Source of the DNA: Azolla caroliniana
Taxonomy: Eukaryota > Plantae > Polypodiophyta
DNA length: 64,000 nucleotides
Assembly: GCA_043228905.1 (NCBI GenBank)
Contig: JBHGNT010000015.1
Coordinates: 11,036,001 to 11,100,000 of the forward strand
Reading direction: 5' to 3'
Shown: positions 24,001 to 38,797 of the stretch, piece by piece
How positions within the stretch are numbered: the stretch's first letter is position 1
Layout of the letters: each line of letters opens with the position of its first letter
Position numbers and translations under genes: made by a program
The notes under the pieces: model-generated
The model's input: the letters and a program-made list of their open reading frames with translations, nothing else
Databases searched by the model: none
What the model was told of the DNA's origin: nothing

Positions 24001-26000
24001 TCTAGTGGTGCATTTCGTCTCATCGATGGTCTTGACCGGAAGGAGGTGTGGTTTTGCTTGCCAGCCAGGCAATCAGTGCATTTCTCACGTTGCACGTCCT
24101 TCACCGGAATGAGGTTGTCTTCGGCAACCCTCTTCATCCCCTTCTCACTCATGTGACACGGTCTTTTGGGCCATAGCTCACCCGCAGTGTCGGATGCTAC
24201 GTTCACTTCTTCCCGGCTTATCCGGGCATGATCAAGTACAGTGTGTTGACCTTCCGAGCTCGAGCCACTATTAAGGTCCTTTTTGCAGAACTTCATAACA
24301 CCGTTCCGGATGCTAGTTGTGTAGCCTTCATCATCTAACCGACCGACTGATATCAAGTTCAATCGAACCTCCGGAACGTGTCGGACATCCTTCAGCAACA
24401 ACTTGCATCCGGTTGATGTTGTCAACAGCACATCTCCTATGCCGATAATTCGGCCTGTCCCTTCATTCCCCATCCAGACACAGCCGCGCGCACCAATTGT
24501 GTAGGATGAGAAGCATTTCCGGTCCGAGGTAAGGTGGAACGACGCTCCGGAATCGACAACCCATGTTGTCTCGTCGACGGCAAGGTTCAACTCACTCTCC
24601 TCGGTGATAAGCATTAGTTCTTCTTCACTTGCCACGATTGCCGTCGTTCCCTTTCGGTCCGGGCCTCGCCGATCCAAACCATTTCGGTCCGGTGACTTCT
24701 TCGAATCGGTATTGTCGGTTCCCTTGTCCTTCAGGAAATGCCGATAGTTCTTCTGGAAGTGCCCCGGCTTGCCACAATAGAAGCAAGTGGGCCTCCCCCT
24801 TGACTTTGACCGTGTCCCAAACTTTTCCCGGTTCTGAGGACTCTGATTCCTTTGTCTTCCGCGTTCTGATTCGGTAAGGAGGGCTTTGGTGTCGGAGATT
24901 ACCTCCTTGTCTTTCCGATGCGCCTCCTCATCTAGCAAGCTCGACTTGACCCTTGCTTGGGATAGTTGTTTTCCTTCCGGCCCAACGTGACAACTAACGT
25001 CTCCCAGCTATCCGGGAGGGAACCGAGTAGGAGTAGAGCAAGTACCTCATCGGCGAGAGGTACTTCCAACGAGGTTGCTTGGTGTATCAGCCCCTGGAAG
25101 GCATTCATGTGCTCCGCCATACTGAAGCCGTCTTGGTACCGGAGCCTCACTAGCTTTCGAAATATCGAAACCCAATTAACGGCATTCTTGTTCTGGAACA
25201 TGATGTTGATCTTCTCTTTGTTCATGAGCCTTGCTCTCTTCATTGAAGTTGTTGTACAAGCTCATGTCGATGAAGCACCGGATGTATGTCTTCATCTTCA
25301 TGTGCATCACCTCCCACACTGTGGCATCGATCTTGTCCGGTCTCTTGTCCCCGAACTAAACCGGCAACCAAATATCTTTGACCACTAGCATATCCCTCAT
25401 CTTCGACTTCCACATTGAGTAGTTGGAACCGGTGAGCTTGAACATGCCGCCGAAAGATTCTTCCATTTTCTGTGTTGTTTGCTCTGAAAACCAGTTTGAT
25501 GAGAAATACGTGGAATGTCGCTCGGCCACAACCGAGTCTTGAATCACAGAAATGGGAAAGAAGAAGAGTGCACAAGAAATATGACACAGGATGTTTACGT
25601 GGAAAACCCTAATAGGGAAAAACCACAGGAGCCCACAGACTCCAAACTATCACTATGAAGAAAAGGGGTACAATCAGAGACTTGGAGGGAACGACCTCAA
25701 GCTCTGTTTTCTTCGCACAGTGGCGGTTACAACAAAGTATAGCTCTGTATATCTCTCTCTCTCTCTCCCTCTCTCTCTATACAACAGTTACAACAATATG
25801 ACAACAACACAATCTACTACCACATTCTAAAGTGATTGCCCTAAGTCATATTTATAGTTATATGAACTTAGGGCTATTTACAAATATAGCCTCAATGGGC
25901 TGATTCAAGACATATTTACAAATCTATCTTCTCTTCCGGTTCTCACCGGGTCCTCTTTATTCATCACCGGATCCCATCCGGAGAGACTGATTTCCCAACA
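18077..26000 (-). mobile_element. Degenerate Tnt1/Tork-like copia copy 1: 5' LTR 25497-26000, truncated 3' LTR 18077-18434
   Basis: Degenerate Met PBS at 25481-25493. PPT GAAGGGGGAGAT next to 18434. gag/PR/INT 23493-25547, RT 19000-20235. Confidence 0.9.
20531..23515. mobile_element. Non-autonomous TIR DNA transposon filled with degenerate (TA/CA) microsatellite; 8-bp TSD GGTAAGAC
   Basis: TIRs CCCTGGGGCTTCACT / AGTGGAGCCCCCGGG (13/15). The TSD is at 20523-20530 and 23516-23523, and the sister copia copy near 28193 has it once. Confidence 0.85.
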
Positions 26001-29000
26001 CTAGTTTCTGGATCTCTTCCGGTTCTCACTAGGTCCTGTTCATTCATCACCAGATCCCATCCGGAGGGACTGATTTCCCAACAATCTCCCCCTTCACTAC
26101 GACATGGGATGTTCGGTCAGCCCGATCCACTTTCGGCACGCATCCAGCTTGTCGATTGTCAGGACCTTGGTCAGCATGTCCGACCCGTTCTCCTCCATGT
26201 GGATCTTCGTCAGCACGAACTCTTGATCTTCTAATCTCTCTTGGATCCAATGGTACCTCCGCTGGATATGTTTCGTCCAGGACTGGTAGGCCGCGTTCTT
26301 TGCAAGGTGGATGGCACTTTCATTGTCACAATAGAGCCGGTATTCCTCATGTTGGATTCGTAGCTCTCCGATGAAGTCCTTCATTCAGATTATCTCCTTG
26401 CCAGCTTCTACAGCTGCCATGTACTCTGCCTCTATGGTTGACAGTGCAACCGTCTTCTGCAGCCTCCACTGCCACGAAACAGCTCCCCATACATAATTCA
26501 TGACATATTGGGATGTAGACTGGCTCGTATCTACATCAGCCGACATATCCGAATTCGTGAATCCGTAAAGTTGGGGATTACCAGAGCCGAATCGGAGGCA
26601 CGTACTCGAGGTGCCTTTCAAATACCGGAGTATCCACTTGACCGCGTTCCAGTGCTCTCTTCCGGGATTGCGCATGAACCGGCTCACCACTCCGACTGCA
26701 TATCCGATATCCGGCCGGGTACACACCATTGCGTACATCAAGCTCCCGATGGAAGAGGCATATGGTATCTTCATCATATATGCCTTCTCTGTCTTTGTCC
26801 TTGAGCTCTGCTTTCCGGATAACTTGCAGTTTGCCGGAAGTGTCGATCCGACCGGTTTTGCATCCGACATGTTGAACCGTTGAAGCACCTTTGTCACGTA
26901 CTTCTCCTATGACAACTACAACAGCTTCTTTGACCAGTCCCAGATGATGTGCATACCCAATATCTGTCTTGCCGGACCCAAGTCTTTCATTGAGAAAGTT
27001 CAGTTCAGAGCCTTCTTCAGCATCCGGATCTTGCCTTGGTCTCGTCCGACGATCATCATATCATCCACATATAGGAGAAGTATCAGGAAATCTCCTCTGT
27101 CAAATTGCTTCACAAACACGCAGTGATCGGCTTGCGTTTTGTGGTACCCTTGGTCGATCATGAAGGAGTCAAACTTCCAGTACCATTGCCGGGGAGCTTG
27201 CTTCAGTCCGTATAGGCTCTTCTTCAGCCGGCACACCTCGTGCTCCTTCCCTTTCTTCTCAAATCCTTCCGATTGATGCATGTAGATTTCTTCTTCGAGG
27301 TCGCCATATAGGAATGCCATCTTGACATCCAATTGCTCTACCTCGAGGTCCATGCTTGCCGCTATACCCAATACTGTCCGGATGGATGTCATCTCTACTA
27401 CCGGGGCAAAGATCTCATCGAAATCCAGTCCTTTCTTCTACTGGAAGACCTTCACCACGATTCGGGCCTTATACCTAGTTGGATTTCCGGCATCTCCTGG
27501 TTTCACTTTGTACACCCACATGTTCCAAGGTTCTCTCTTCGCTTTCGGCAACTCCGTCAGTTCATATGTGTGGTTCTCATGCATGGAATCCATCTCATCC
27601 TGCAGGGCACTCGACCACTTGCGGTAGTGGGTGTCTCTCTTTGCTTCTTCGAGGCTTTCTGGCTCCCCCTCATCGGTTAGCAACACATGCTCTGCATCTA
27701 GAAATCTCCGGGGGGCTCTTCCCTCTCAAAGAGGGTATCTCCGTCCTTGGCTTCTGACTACCGGTTCCTCCATTTGTTCCGAATCCGAATCCGATTCGGG
27801 AACTTATCCGGTTCCGGTGTCTTCTTCTTCTTCTTCTTCGCTCAGTTTGGTTTCCTGTTCGTATCTGGCCGGTTCGTCGAGTGCCATCCGATTACCGGCC
27901 AACATCCGGTTTTCAACCGGGTAGCTCCTTGTGTCCTCAAACCGGTTTTCATTGGATGATCTGGAGTTGATCATCTTCTTCTCTGACTCCCATTCGGCAA
28001 TGGTCCTGTCTTCCATGAAGACTATGTCCCAACTCCAGAACACCTTCTGGTCAACCAGATCCCACCCCCGGTAACCGAACTCATCATCGCCGTATCCAGG
28101 GAAGATGCATGGCCGGAACTTCGGATCCATCTTTGCTCTCTTGTCCTTCGCTACATGCGCGTATGCGAGACACCCGAACACCTTCAGATGCCGGTAAGAC
28201 ACATCCTTACCGGTCCATACTTTCTGCGGTGAGTTTCCGTCCAAGGGTACTGAGGGTGATCTATTTATCACATAGGTCTCCGTCGTCAATGCCATAGCCC
28301 AAAACGTCTTGGGTAACTTGGCATGTGCGACCATGCTCTAGACTCTCTCTATTATGGTCCGGTTCATCCTTTCGGCCAACCTGTTTAGTGTTAATCCTTA
28401 GGGCCGGACAATGGCCTAACACAGGGTGTCTCCGGAACACACTTCACCAAAGGGGTGTTACGGCGAGATAACTCAAGACACAACGATTAATCCGACTTAA
28501 TTGTCTACTTAGCAATAAGGCATTCACTTAATACACGCGTAAGATATAACAATTAATACAGAACGGTAATCAATATGTGAAGATAAAACAAGAAGCTTAT
28601 ATTAATTCTCCGTTAAAGTTATACATTGTAACCGGGCCTTTATATAGGTCACCGGTGCTGCTTACAAAAACGGTGCCAACCGGCACCTGTTCGGAACCGG
28701 TCCAGATTCAGATCGGCATACCGATTCTGGTCCATCCGTTCACTACATAATTATAATCTACTTTACTTAATTAAAATGTATTCCGAATAACCATCCCTTT
28801 CACATTCTGGTCTCCACTCCTTTGCCGACCGGGTAACACATGGCATGCCCGTGGACAGTACCTTGTACGTCGAATCCCACTATCCAGCCCTTAGCCTTCA
28901 TCTAAGATATCCAGAATACTCTGCTCCAGGGTATCCAATGGTTGTTCGGAACTCTGTTGTTGCTGCTATGGTTGCGGCTCCTCTGATTGTTGCTCTTCAG

Positions 29001-31076
29001 AGGGCGTCTGTTCGGCTCCCGATACCGGCGGTTGTGGCGGTGATTCCTCCGTTAGCTGCTCCGCCGGATTTGACTCCAGTTGACTCGCCCCGGCGTTGCC
29101 TCCGTCCGGTCCTTGCTCCGGTGATGACTCCTCATCGCTGAGGTTGACGGTCGCCGCCTGCTTTGCTTCTTCTCTCCATATCCGTAATCTGGTCCGCTCA
29201 TAGCTCTTAAACTGGACTTGAGCATCCAGTCGATCATCATCGAGTTGTGCTACAAGTTGCCGGACCACTACTGACTGCTCCTCCGCCAGAGTTACAAAAT
29301 CTTCGGCTAACTCATCTCTCACGGCGGTGAAGTCCTCCTTCATTAGCTTGTAGCAGTCGTCACCATCCCTCTGCCGGTTTTCCGCGTCCGCCCTTAGCAA
29401 TTGGAGCTCGGCTGTGTGCTTTGCCCATTTGTCCCACCATTGCGCGGAGCTTTTGTCAATCAAGCATTTGGTCTTGTTCCTCCATGCCTGGACAATGAAC
29501 TGGATCCGCTCCAATCCCATCTTTGATTTGTCCTCCACGGCTTGTCGTTCGTCCTTCAACTGCTTGATGAGTGCCACCGTATCCACCTCCTGCTCCCGGT
29601 AATGTGACAATTGGGTTTGAGAAGTGTTCTGCAACCTTTGCAAGATCATCATTGCTCTTTCCTTCTCTTCATAATGCTGCTTATGCAGCTCCATCCGTTC
29701 TTGCACGGCTTCCTTCAATAGCGTGGTTCTTTCAACCCGTTCCTCCGCCAGCGCCGTCTCAACTCTATGCACCTCCTACCTGAGCTTTGCCATCTTCTCC
29801 TGTTGTTTCTTATGCTCCGTATCCAGGTGCTTGTAGTCCCGGTGCAGGTGCTCAAAATCATCTATCTTCTGCTTCAGCTTTTGGTTGAGTTGTCGGCAAG
29901 CGCGGTCTTCCCGGTCCTTCTACTGACGGAGATCTTCTTTCAGCCTTTCGATCTCTATTTCCGCCATCCATCGCAGCTTCTCCTTTTCTTGTAGCACCTT
30001 CTCTTTCTCCTCCATCAGTCGGTCGTAGGCCTGATGTCCTTTCCACAGATTCTCTTCTGCCCGGCGGAGGTTCTCAGCAGTCTTTCGTTGCTCTTCTTCT
30101 GCCGCTTTCGTCAAGTACCACTCTCCGGTGCGTAATGCTTCTTGTGCGGCCAGTTCATCTCTTAATTCAGCAAGCTCTTTTGCTTGCGCCGCCACTATCT
30201 CTGGGATTGTTTCCATCTCCGAGGTCTTATTGCTATGTAAAGGTGTTGGTGCTTCTTTATTCTATACATTGACCGGGGTCACCGGTGCTTGGAGCTGTAG
30301 TCTGGTTAAGGCCATTTTGGCCAATTCTTCTGTGGCCAGGTCCAACTCTTGTTCTAGGCTCTAGATCCTTCACCGGGCCATCTCTAATTCTCTGGTTGTG
30401 ACGAGCAACCGGTCCATCTACACTTTCTCTTCCGCCTCGATGTAGTGTACCACTCCGGCAATCTGTTCTCCAATCCACCGGAGCCATTGGCTGTCGGTGC
30501 CCTGTTGTTGTGTCTGCCCGGAGGGTTGGCTGTTGGTGTCGCTGGCGAGTGGTCAGTTTTGTCCAGTTGCGTCGAGCTGCAACTTTGGCTCTTGTTGGTG
30601 ATCACTTTGCCATTCCGGTTGCGGCTCCTTTGGCCGCTCCGCCTCTGAATGCTCTTGGCCTGCCAGTGGGGTCGGCAATTTACTTGCGGCGCTTGTATTT
30701 CGGGTCTTACCGTATCCTGACCCGCTGGTAGAGGTTATTGTGCAGGGAGCTCCGTGACCGGTTCTGTCCGAACCGGTTCCGGTTCCATCCTTGGTGCGGG
30801 TTGCTTAGGGCGGCGTACAGGCGTTCCATCCTTCGTTGGGTCCGAACGCTCCCCGACATGTTCGGAGGTGCTTGCCTTCTGGCGCCGCTGGAGGTGCTCT
30901 AACGGTTCCTCCTCCGCTTCCTCCTCCTGAGTCCCAATGTTGATTTTCGCTACCAAGGGGTCTGGTGCTTGTTGAACCTGTCAGCTAAGCCTGATCTTGA
31001 TTGGCCGTACCGGTGGCTCCTCTTGCGTTTCCGCCTACCGCTTCCTATTGGCGCGCTCCTTTGCCGCTTGGTCCGT

Positions 31077-34000
31077 TGTCGCGTTGTTACACGCGTGCGT
31101 GGAGAAAGAGGCGGGACCACGGGGGCCTTGAACCGAGGAGCGAGAGAGAGAGAGATGCAAGCACACGCAGAGAGAGAGAGAGAGATTTGCAAATACGCGG
31201 AAGCGAGAAGGAGGAGAACGAACGGAAGCCTTAATTACAATCACAGTCGATTACAACCGGCGAGCCGGCGATGAACCCGACACGGGGACCCTACTCACGC
31301 ACACAGAAGGAACACACTGGACCCCGAAAACGTAGAAGGGAGAGCCTCTGTTGGAAGCACACGGGCTGTCCACGAAGCAGAGGCAGCGAACTCCCGACAC
31401 CCGCAGAGAACGACGATTCTCGGAGAGAGAGAGAGAGAGACCCGCACTCCCTTCTGCAGCAGCCCTCCGTCCTCGCCAACGCGCGATATATTTCTCCCCT
31501 TTTTTCTCCCCCTCTCTCTTTCCCCTTCTATAGTTCCCATCCCTAATCAAATTGCTTTATTCCTTGTCCCTTCTGACAGAGATATGCACAATCCCCTAAT
31601 AAATGTGTACTACTTAGTATTTACATCAACCAATCCATTTATGAATCGTGTACAAAATATCAATTCATGCGTCCATCCGTGTAAGAGCCGGTTCATGCGC
31701 CTTTTTCTCTGATTACACCTATGGCTGGTTTTCTTCACGACATCCACCCCCACCAAACCGCACATCCACCGGCATGCGCCAGAGACGGGTAGTTACCGAA
31801 GAAAACCGGCATCACTCTTCGCTCTCCGATTCTGTGCCAGGCCCGAACTAATCGTCATTGTCGCTCCCGCTCGCAAGCTTCGGCTCGTCTTCGAACCGCT
31901 TCTTGAACGTTTTGATCTGTTTCTCAGCCATCGGCACCGCTAACCGTGCCCCGTCGAGTTCCGCGAGGTGGTACGTGTCGTTGTCATTCACGCTCGTCAC
32001 CGTGTAGGGCCCGAACCACCTCCTGGCAAACTTTCGCACCGCCTTGTGCTGATTGTCGAGGTTGTTGTCGTATACCAAGACCCAGTCGCCTTCCTCGATC
32101 TTCTTTGGTCGCAACCGGTGCGTCTGGTTGAACCGGGTCTTGTTCCGCTCCCTTGCCGCTCGCAGCTTTTCCTTCGCCCGTTCCACATCCTCCGGCCTCT
32201 GCTCGAGTTGCCGAATCCACGCCGCCAGCAACTCCTCCCGGCTCATCTCGTCTTTCCAATCTACCGCCGCCCATGAAGAAACCATTCGTTCCACAGGCAT
32301 GATCGGTTTCTGTCCGTACATCAGCTCTGTCGGCATAAACCCTGTCACCGAACTGTGCGTAGTTCGGTCCGCCCATAGTGCGTAAGGAAGGAGCCACGGC
32401 CAATTCCTGACTTGCCCTCCACATGCACACACCAACGCCTTTACGATCGGCCCGTGCCCACGTTCTACCTTCCCGTTCGCCTCCGGATTGTACGTCGTAG
32501 TTAGGGAGAGTTTGACGCCTAGCCAGTCGAATAGCTCCTCAGCTTCCCGCACATCCAGCTCTCCTCGGTCTGCCACGATCTCCCCGACGCACCCGTACCG
32601 ACACACTACCTCTTCGATCAGGAACTAGCATACCACCGCGGTTGTCTTGTTCTGAAGTGCACGGCGTTCCACTTGGTTCATTAAGTCTTCCCGCGCGAGC
32701 ACCAGATACCGCATCTGTCCCACCCCCATCGGCATCGTCACCAAATCCACCATCCATTTGAAGTGGACGGTCGGAGGGTAGGTCATGTGAAGCTCGTCCC
32801 GGTGTCGGACTATGGAGTGCATCTGACAGCTTTCGCAAGTCTTCACGAACCGATGCACGTCCCGGTACAGTCCCGGCCACTAGTACTTCCCCTTTAGCTT
32901 CTCGAACGTGGCCCACATTCCGCGGTGTCCGGACCAGGGACTCTCGTGGTAAGCCTCCAGCAACTCCTCCTGTTCCTCTTTCATTGCCACTACTCAGAGC
33001 GGGATGTCGTCCCTCTTTTTCTGGTGCTTCCATATGTACCCGTCCCAAAGAAAGAATTGATACGCTTTCTTCCGGATTCGGTTGGTCTCTTTCTTTTGTC
33101 CACGCCGCATCCGGTGTCATTGTCTTCAGAACCCCGCTAATCCGGAGCCACTCCCCGTCATACTTGCTCTCATCGAATTTGTTAAGCGTCGGAGTGCTCC
33201 CCTTTCTGGCTATCACATATGCCACCTCTAAGAAATCTATGCCGACTTCCTCGTCCTTCGAAACCATGTCGTCCTCGTTTTCGAACCTCGCCCTCGAGAG
33301 CATGTCGGCCATGGCATTGTCTTTCCCGGAAATGTGTCGTATCTCCGGATTCAGGGACTTGATGTACGCTATCCACCTGAGCATTGCCAGGTCCGGCGTC
33401 GCGCATCCAAAAACCATGCCGAGGATTGGCAGGCAGTCCGTCTCGATTATTACCTCTGTCCCAATCAGGTAGTCTTTATCGGCCTTCACCGCTAAAACGA
33501 TACCCCAGAGTTCGTGTTTAACCTGGGTGTATCCTTGCTGTCGCTCACTGAGGACCTTTGCGCCGAACCGGATGGGGAACCTCGTGCCAACGTCATCCTC
33601 TTGGTTGATCACCCATCCGATCCCGGTCGAACTCGTGTCTACGGTTACGTAAATCGGAGTGTCTTTGCCGTAGACGGCCTTTCGGAGCACCGGTGTCGTG
33701 GCAAGTGCTTCCTTCATCTTTTGGACTGACTCCGTATGCTCGTCTCCCCACTCGAATTTATGCCCTTTCTTCAGCAACCCATACAGCAGCTCCACAACGT
33801 GGGCATAATGCGGGATCCAGATGTGGTAGAACGCTGTTGTGAAGAATTTTGGCCAGAGGCAGAAACCGGGAAATATTGGCTATATCGACGGGGTGCAGCA
33901 TGTGCAGTCACCCTTGTGCATTTAGTGTGAATAACGAGGGCGACTTTATGGCGCCGAAGAGTAGACAAGTCAGGACAGAGAATCCCATGTAAGTCAGGAT

Positions 34001-37000
34001 TTATCCCACATTGTAACGCATCTCCCTCCTTGTTCTATAAAAGGAAGGGAGCGCCTCTTGTGAAGGGGTTGCCCATTTTGTATTAGTAGGGTATATCGTT
34101 AGATGAAGAGTCGTCCTCTCTTCCTCTTTCTCTCATGTTTTAGGGTTTCTTCTTCTTGCTCTCCTCTACTTCTTCTTCTTCGTCCTTCTGTGCGTCGAGC
34201 CTTGGCATCTAGCGTTCCAGTTTTCTGCCCTGTACTCTGTGCAAGACCCCGCTCGGCGCGACAAGCTCGAGAGCTCCCCGACCGGTGGCTTGGCAGTAGA
34301 CAACGGTTGTATCTCGTGCGACCTAGGTCCGGCTTGAAGTCGGTGTTGAATCTCGTTGCCTTGTAAATACATATACATTTGGTTGTGCATATTCGGGTCT
34401 CTGTTGGTGTGTGTGTGTGTGTCTTAGTGTTTCTTTCTTGCTTATGTACATGTTCGTGCGAGAGTCAATGTTGTGTGCCTGCTCTCTCTCTCTCTCTCCC
34501 TTCGGTTGCTTCCGGTGTGCTCCTGGGGTGCCCTGGAAAGGGTGAAGCACGACTTCCTACGCTACGTCACTCCCTAGTCCGAGACCCCCGTGGTCCCGCC
34601 CTTCTCCACGCACGCGCGTCACAACGCGACAACGCGCATGCTCCCAAGAATCTCCGTACCTCCGTAACCGAATTGCAGTCTTGCTACATCGCGGAGATGG
34701 CTTCCACCTTGGCCGAAGACAGTTTCCGACCGTATGGTCTGCATAGGTGCCCAACGACCATGATCTCTGATTGCCCGAAGGCCAATTTTTCCCTAGAGAA
34801 GGTGAGCCTCACGCCCTCTAGTCTCTGGAGCACCTTCTCGCAGTCATCGATGTGAGTCGCCATGAAATTCCGACATCCGTCCGGTCCGATCGTCTCGTCC
34901 TTTTCCTCCACCGGGCATCCCCTGATCGGGATGTTGTCTAAGAATGGCATGGTGATGTCCGGGATACAATCCCTGAGCACTTTGTTCATCGCGTTCACCA
35001 TGTGAGCCACCGAGTTTGTGCCTCCTTGTGGTAGGGTACACATCCGCACTAGGCCGAGAGCAGTTCGCATTGTCGTAATGTATCTGCTCTCCACAGCTAA
35101 TTGGAACTGATCGTACCCTAAGTACAGATCACCGACAGAGTAAATCGACCTTCCGGCGAAGGCCTCCACGAACTCGTCTATGGTCGGTCCGATTCCTGCG
35201 TTACGGATGGTCACCTTGTTGACCAGTTGCAGGTCCTGAATGAAGCGCAACGTGCCGTTCTTCTTTGGCACCGTAAACCACCGGTTCGAATACGGGGCAC
35301 TCGACGGTTCAAGGATGCCCATCTCCACCTTTTGCTTCAGAAGCTCCATCAACTTCGGGATGTGAGCCCTCGGCACCGGAATCGGTTTGAGATTTCACGG
35401 TACATGCGGTACCGTGAAGATCACCATCGGTTTGACGATCCTCGGGTCCACGCACCCGATCTCCTCCGGCGAGAACGCGAAGGCTTTCCCATGCCTTCCG
35501 AGCATTCTCCGAAACCTGTCCTCCTCGGCCGGCAGTAGAAAGCCACCCCCACCGACCTTGAGCCCCCATAGCGTTATGTCGGTGAACCAGTGCCCTATGC
35601 CAGCCAGATTCCATAAACTTGGGTCCGACGCGACCCCTTTTATCCGCTCCTCGCTGCCCTCCGGCAAGGGTGCCGCGACTGGCCTCACCTTCCGGTCCAC
35701 AGTTTTGTACTTTGTATCCACACGGGCCGTCCGATCCGACCCGATCTTTTCCCCGAAGTCCGTGATGACTTCGTACATTCCCATCGAACCAACCGGAACA
35801 GTCCGGTCTTCTCTAAGGTCTTCATCGGCCATCGTACAACCTCCGTTGTCGGAGAACCAAAATTTCCTACCTATGGTACAGGTCTTCTTCCGTACTATAC
35901 ATTTGTGGGGTTCTTCCAGGGTGTCCGGACTATCGCGGCCCCACGCCTTGATAGCCCTCTCTAAAAATCCACTCGAGTTTCGCCGCCGAGGGCCTCGCGG
36001 TTACGCCCGTGGTTTGGTCGCACCGTTAGGAACTGGACCGAGTGACGCCTGTCCTGGCTCTTCACTCTTGCATAGGATGAACCGTTGTCCAACACCTTGG
36101 TCTCCATCTGTGCGGCCGTGATATATGGCTCTCCTAGTATAACCGGATACGAGGACGTCTCCTGCACGAAGAAGTGTTGGTCGATCTCGACATCGTTGAT
36201 TTTCACCCGTACGTTCAGCCAGGCCCCATGTAGATCTTCTGTGGCGCGTGTCGTTGCCCGTATCTTCCAGCCGTGCTTGGTGTTGATCGGCCATTTACCA
36301 TTCTTGTAGAAATCCATGGACATCAGGTTGATTTCGGATCCATGGTCTACCAACGCCACCACCGGTTCCAGAACGTTGCCGATCCGTATAGGGGTTTCCT
36401 TAGTTGCCCTGGCCCAATGCGGCTTCGTGTAGTGGCTTCCCCCCAACTCGTCTTCTAGGGCTTCGTCTTCCAAGTGCGTGGTCTGCACCTCCACCGGCTT
36501 CTCCGGTTCCGGCTCCATCGAGAGCCTCTTCCGCTTCACCAAGTCTACGATAGAGTCATGGAACTCCCTCTTGACGATTCCCAGCACCTCCCGCAATGAC
36601 AGCTCCACTTTACTGTCGAGGATACGTTCCTCTAGGACCTGCTCAACCGAAACCCCGCCTGCTTCTTTCTGTCCGTTGCGCCTGGGTTGCCGGCACTGGT
36701 CGGTTTCGGTCCGAACCGGGTCTCATACCTCTACGGGGGACCAACCCCTCCGGCCTTTCCTACCCGTTTGTCCTACACCAGAACCTCGTAGTTCTGGCAA
36801 GCGGCTTCTACGAAGCCCGTTTTCTCTTTGACCGGATCGTCCCAACCGGTGACCTCCTAGACCCGTTGTTCCACACGGTCCGCCTCTTCCTTCTTCAGCC
36901 GAACTCCGGAGAGGCCTTCTAGCACTAGCGGCCAGAATCCGGAGTCCTTTGCCTTCCGGGTCTCATCACCCCCAACCCGAATTCCCGCCGACACTGAGTA

Positions 37001-38797
37001 GTTAATGACTTCGACGTGTCGTGTCGCGGCCTCTTCCATCAACCTCTTCATTCCGTTGCGCCCTGTATTCAGTTCTAGGGCTCTCCGGGTCTCGCTCGTG
37101 TGCACCCGCCCGTTCCAGAGGTACACCACGTTGGTCCTGAGTGCATCGGTGAAATCCGCGCAATCCTTCCGAAAGTGACCGATTGCGTCACACCACATGC
37201 ACCGCTGCCCAGCCGGCGGCCTCCGGTCGCGAGGTTGTTCGTCGTTGTCTCTCCGAGCCTATGCGATCTGCAAGTCACGCATCATCTGTGTCAGCTCCTC
37301 CGGATGGGCCTCTGACCACCTCATTCGATGCCGACCCCGAATCTGGCCAAATTCTGGTCTCTTCCTTCCTTCCAGCCGGCACCGATACCGGCTCCTCAGG
37401 CCTCCTACCCGGGACCGGCCCTGATCCCGACGAGCTTCCGTCGCTCCAATCACGTCGTTTGTCGAAACGGCTGCAGACCCGTTTTACCACGGCCCAATCT
37501 GTCGTGAGCCCTTCGTCCGTTTCCAATAGGGGACCCACCTTTTCCCTGTCGAGCGCGTCCACCGACTTGACAAACAGTAGTACTCGACTCGTTTCGAGCA
37601 CGGTCCGGTCCAGCGTCGACAGCCGTGCGAACCGTTTTTCGAACTCCTGGAGGAGCGCCGACGTGTTCCTCCCCTTTCCGGGGCTTTCCACCCACGCCAT
37701 GAAGTCCTGCCTCGACAGCCGAAGCGAGTCGTCAAACCCGTACTTCTCGAGGAGCTGCAGCTCGAACTCCTCCCAAGTCTGGCATCCGGCTAGCACCTCG
37801 AGCACTTCCGCATGGATGCTCGGCGTCACCACCCGAGGGAATCCGGACAGCCGCCTATCCACCGGGATATCCCTCATGATCATTTCGGCCCTGTAAGCCT
37901 CCAAATAACTTGTGGCGTCTTTCCCTCTGAACCGGCCCATAGAGCCGACGATCGATTCAATGGCTCTATCGAGGGTACCCGTCCCCTCATGACCGCTTAC
38001 CAGTCGGTCGACGGCCACTGCCATTGCCTCTGCTAGCTCCAATCCCCTCATCTTTCGACTCCTTTGCCGCCCTTTCACGTCGGGTTCACCAAATAGATGT
38101 CGCGTTGTTACGCGCGTGCGTGGAGAAAGAGGCGGGACCACGGGGGCCTTGAACCGAGGAGCGAGAGAGAGAGAGATGCAAGCACACGCAGAGAGAGAGA
38201 GAGAGATTTGCAAATACGCGGAAGCAAGAAGGAGGAGAATGAACGGAACCCTTAAGTACAATAATAGTCGATTACAATATCAACATATTACAAACTCTGA
38301 CGGTTACAACCGGCGATCCGGCTATGGACCCGACACGGGGACCCTACTCACGGACATAGAAGGAACACACTGGACCCCAAAAACGTAGAAGGGAGAGCCT
38401 CTGTTGGAAGCACACGGGCTGTCCACGAAGCAGAGGCAGCGAACTCCCGACACCCGTAGAGAACGACGATTCTCGGAGAGAGAGAGAGAGAGAGACCCGC
38501 ACTCCCTTCTGCAGCAGCCCTCCGTCCTCGCCAATGCGCGATATATTTCTCCCCTTTTTTTTCCCCCTCTCTCTTTCCCCTTTTATAGTTCCCATCCCTA
38601 ATCAAATTGCTTTATTCCCTGTCCCTTCTGACAGAGATACGCACAATCCCCTAATAAATGTGTACTACTTAGTATTTACATCAACCAATCCATTTATGAA
38701 TCGTGTACAAAATATCAATTCATGCGTCCATCCGTGTAAGAGCCGGTTCATGTGCCTTTTTCTCCGATTACACCTATGGCTGGTTTTCTTCACGACA
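31077..38797 (-). mobile_element. Full-length degenerate Ty3/gypsy: 5' LTR 38098-38797, tRNA-Trp PBS 38075-38091, gag-PR-RT-RH-INT, 3' LTR 31077-31742
   Basis: Paired LTRs TGTCGTGAAG...ACGCGACA. PBS TGGTGAACCCGACGTGA is complementary to the plant tRNA-Trp 3' end. ALVDHGSEIN (PR), RT 34684-35376, RH 32539-33795, INT 31848-32858. PPT GGTGGGGGTGGA. 4-bp TSD ACGG/ATGG. Confidence 0.95.
33835..34631 (+). mobile_element. Solo LTR (related to the Trp-primed gypsy), TSD ACGC
   Basis: TGTTGTGAAGAA...ACGCGACA, with ACGC at 33831-33834 and 34632-34635. Removal restores FLGACAFYHIW. Confidence 0.92.

Noticed and set aside
37275-38261. 328-aa ORF with an apparent signal peptide (env-like)
   Set aside because: The hydrophobic N-terminus is translated LTR microsatellite. 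The real gag starts after the PBS (MRGLELAEAM).
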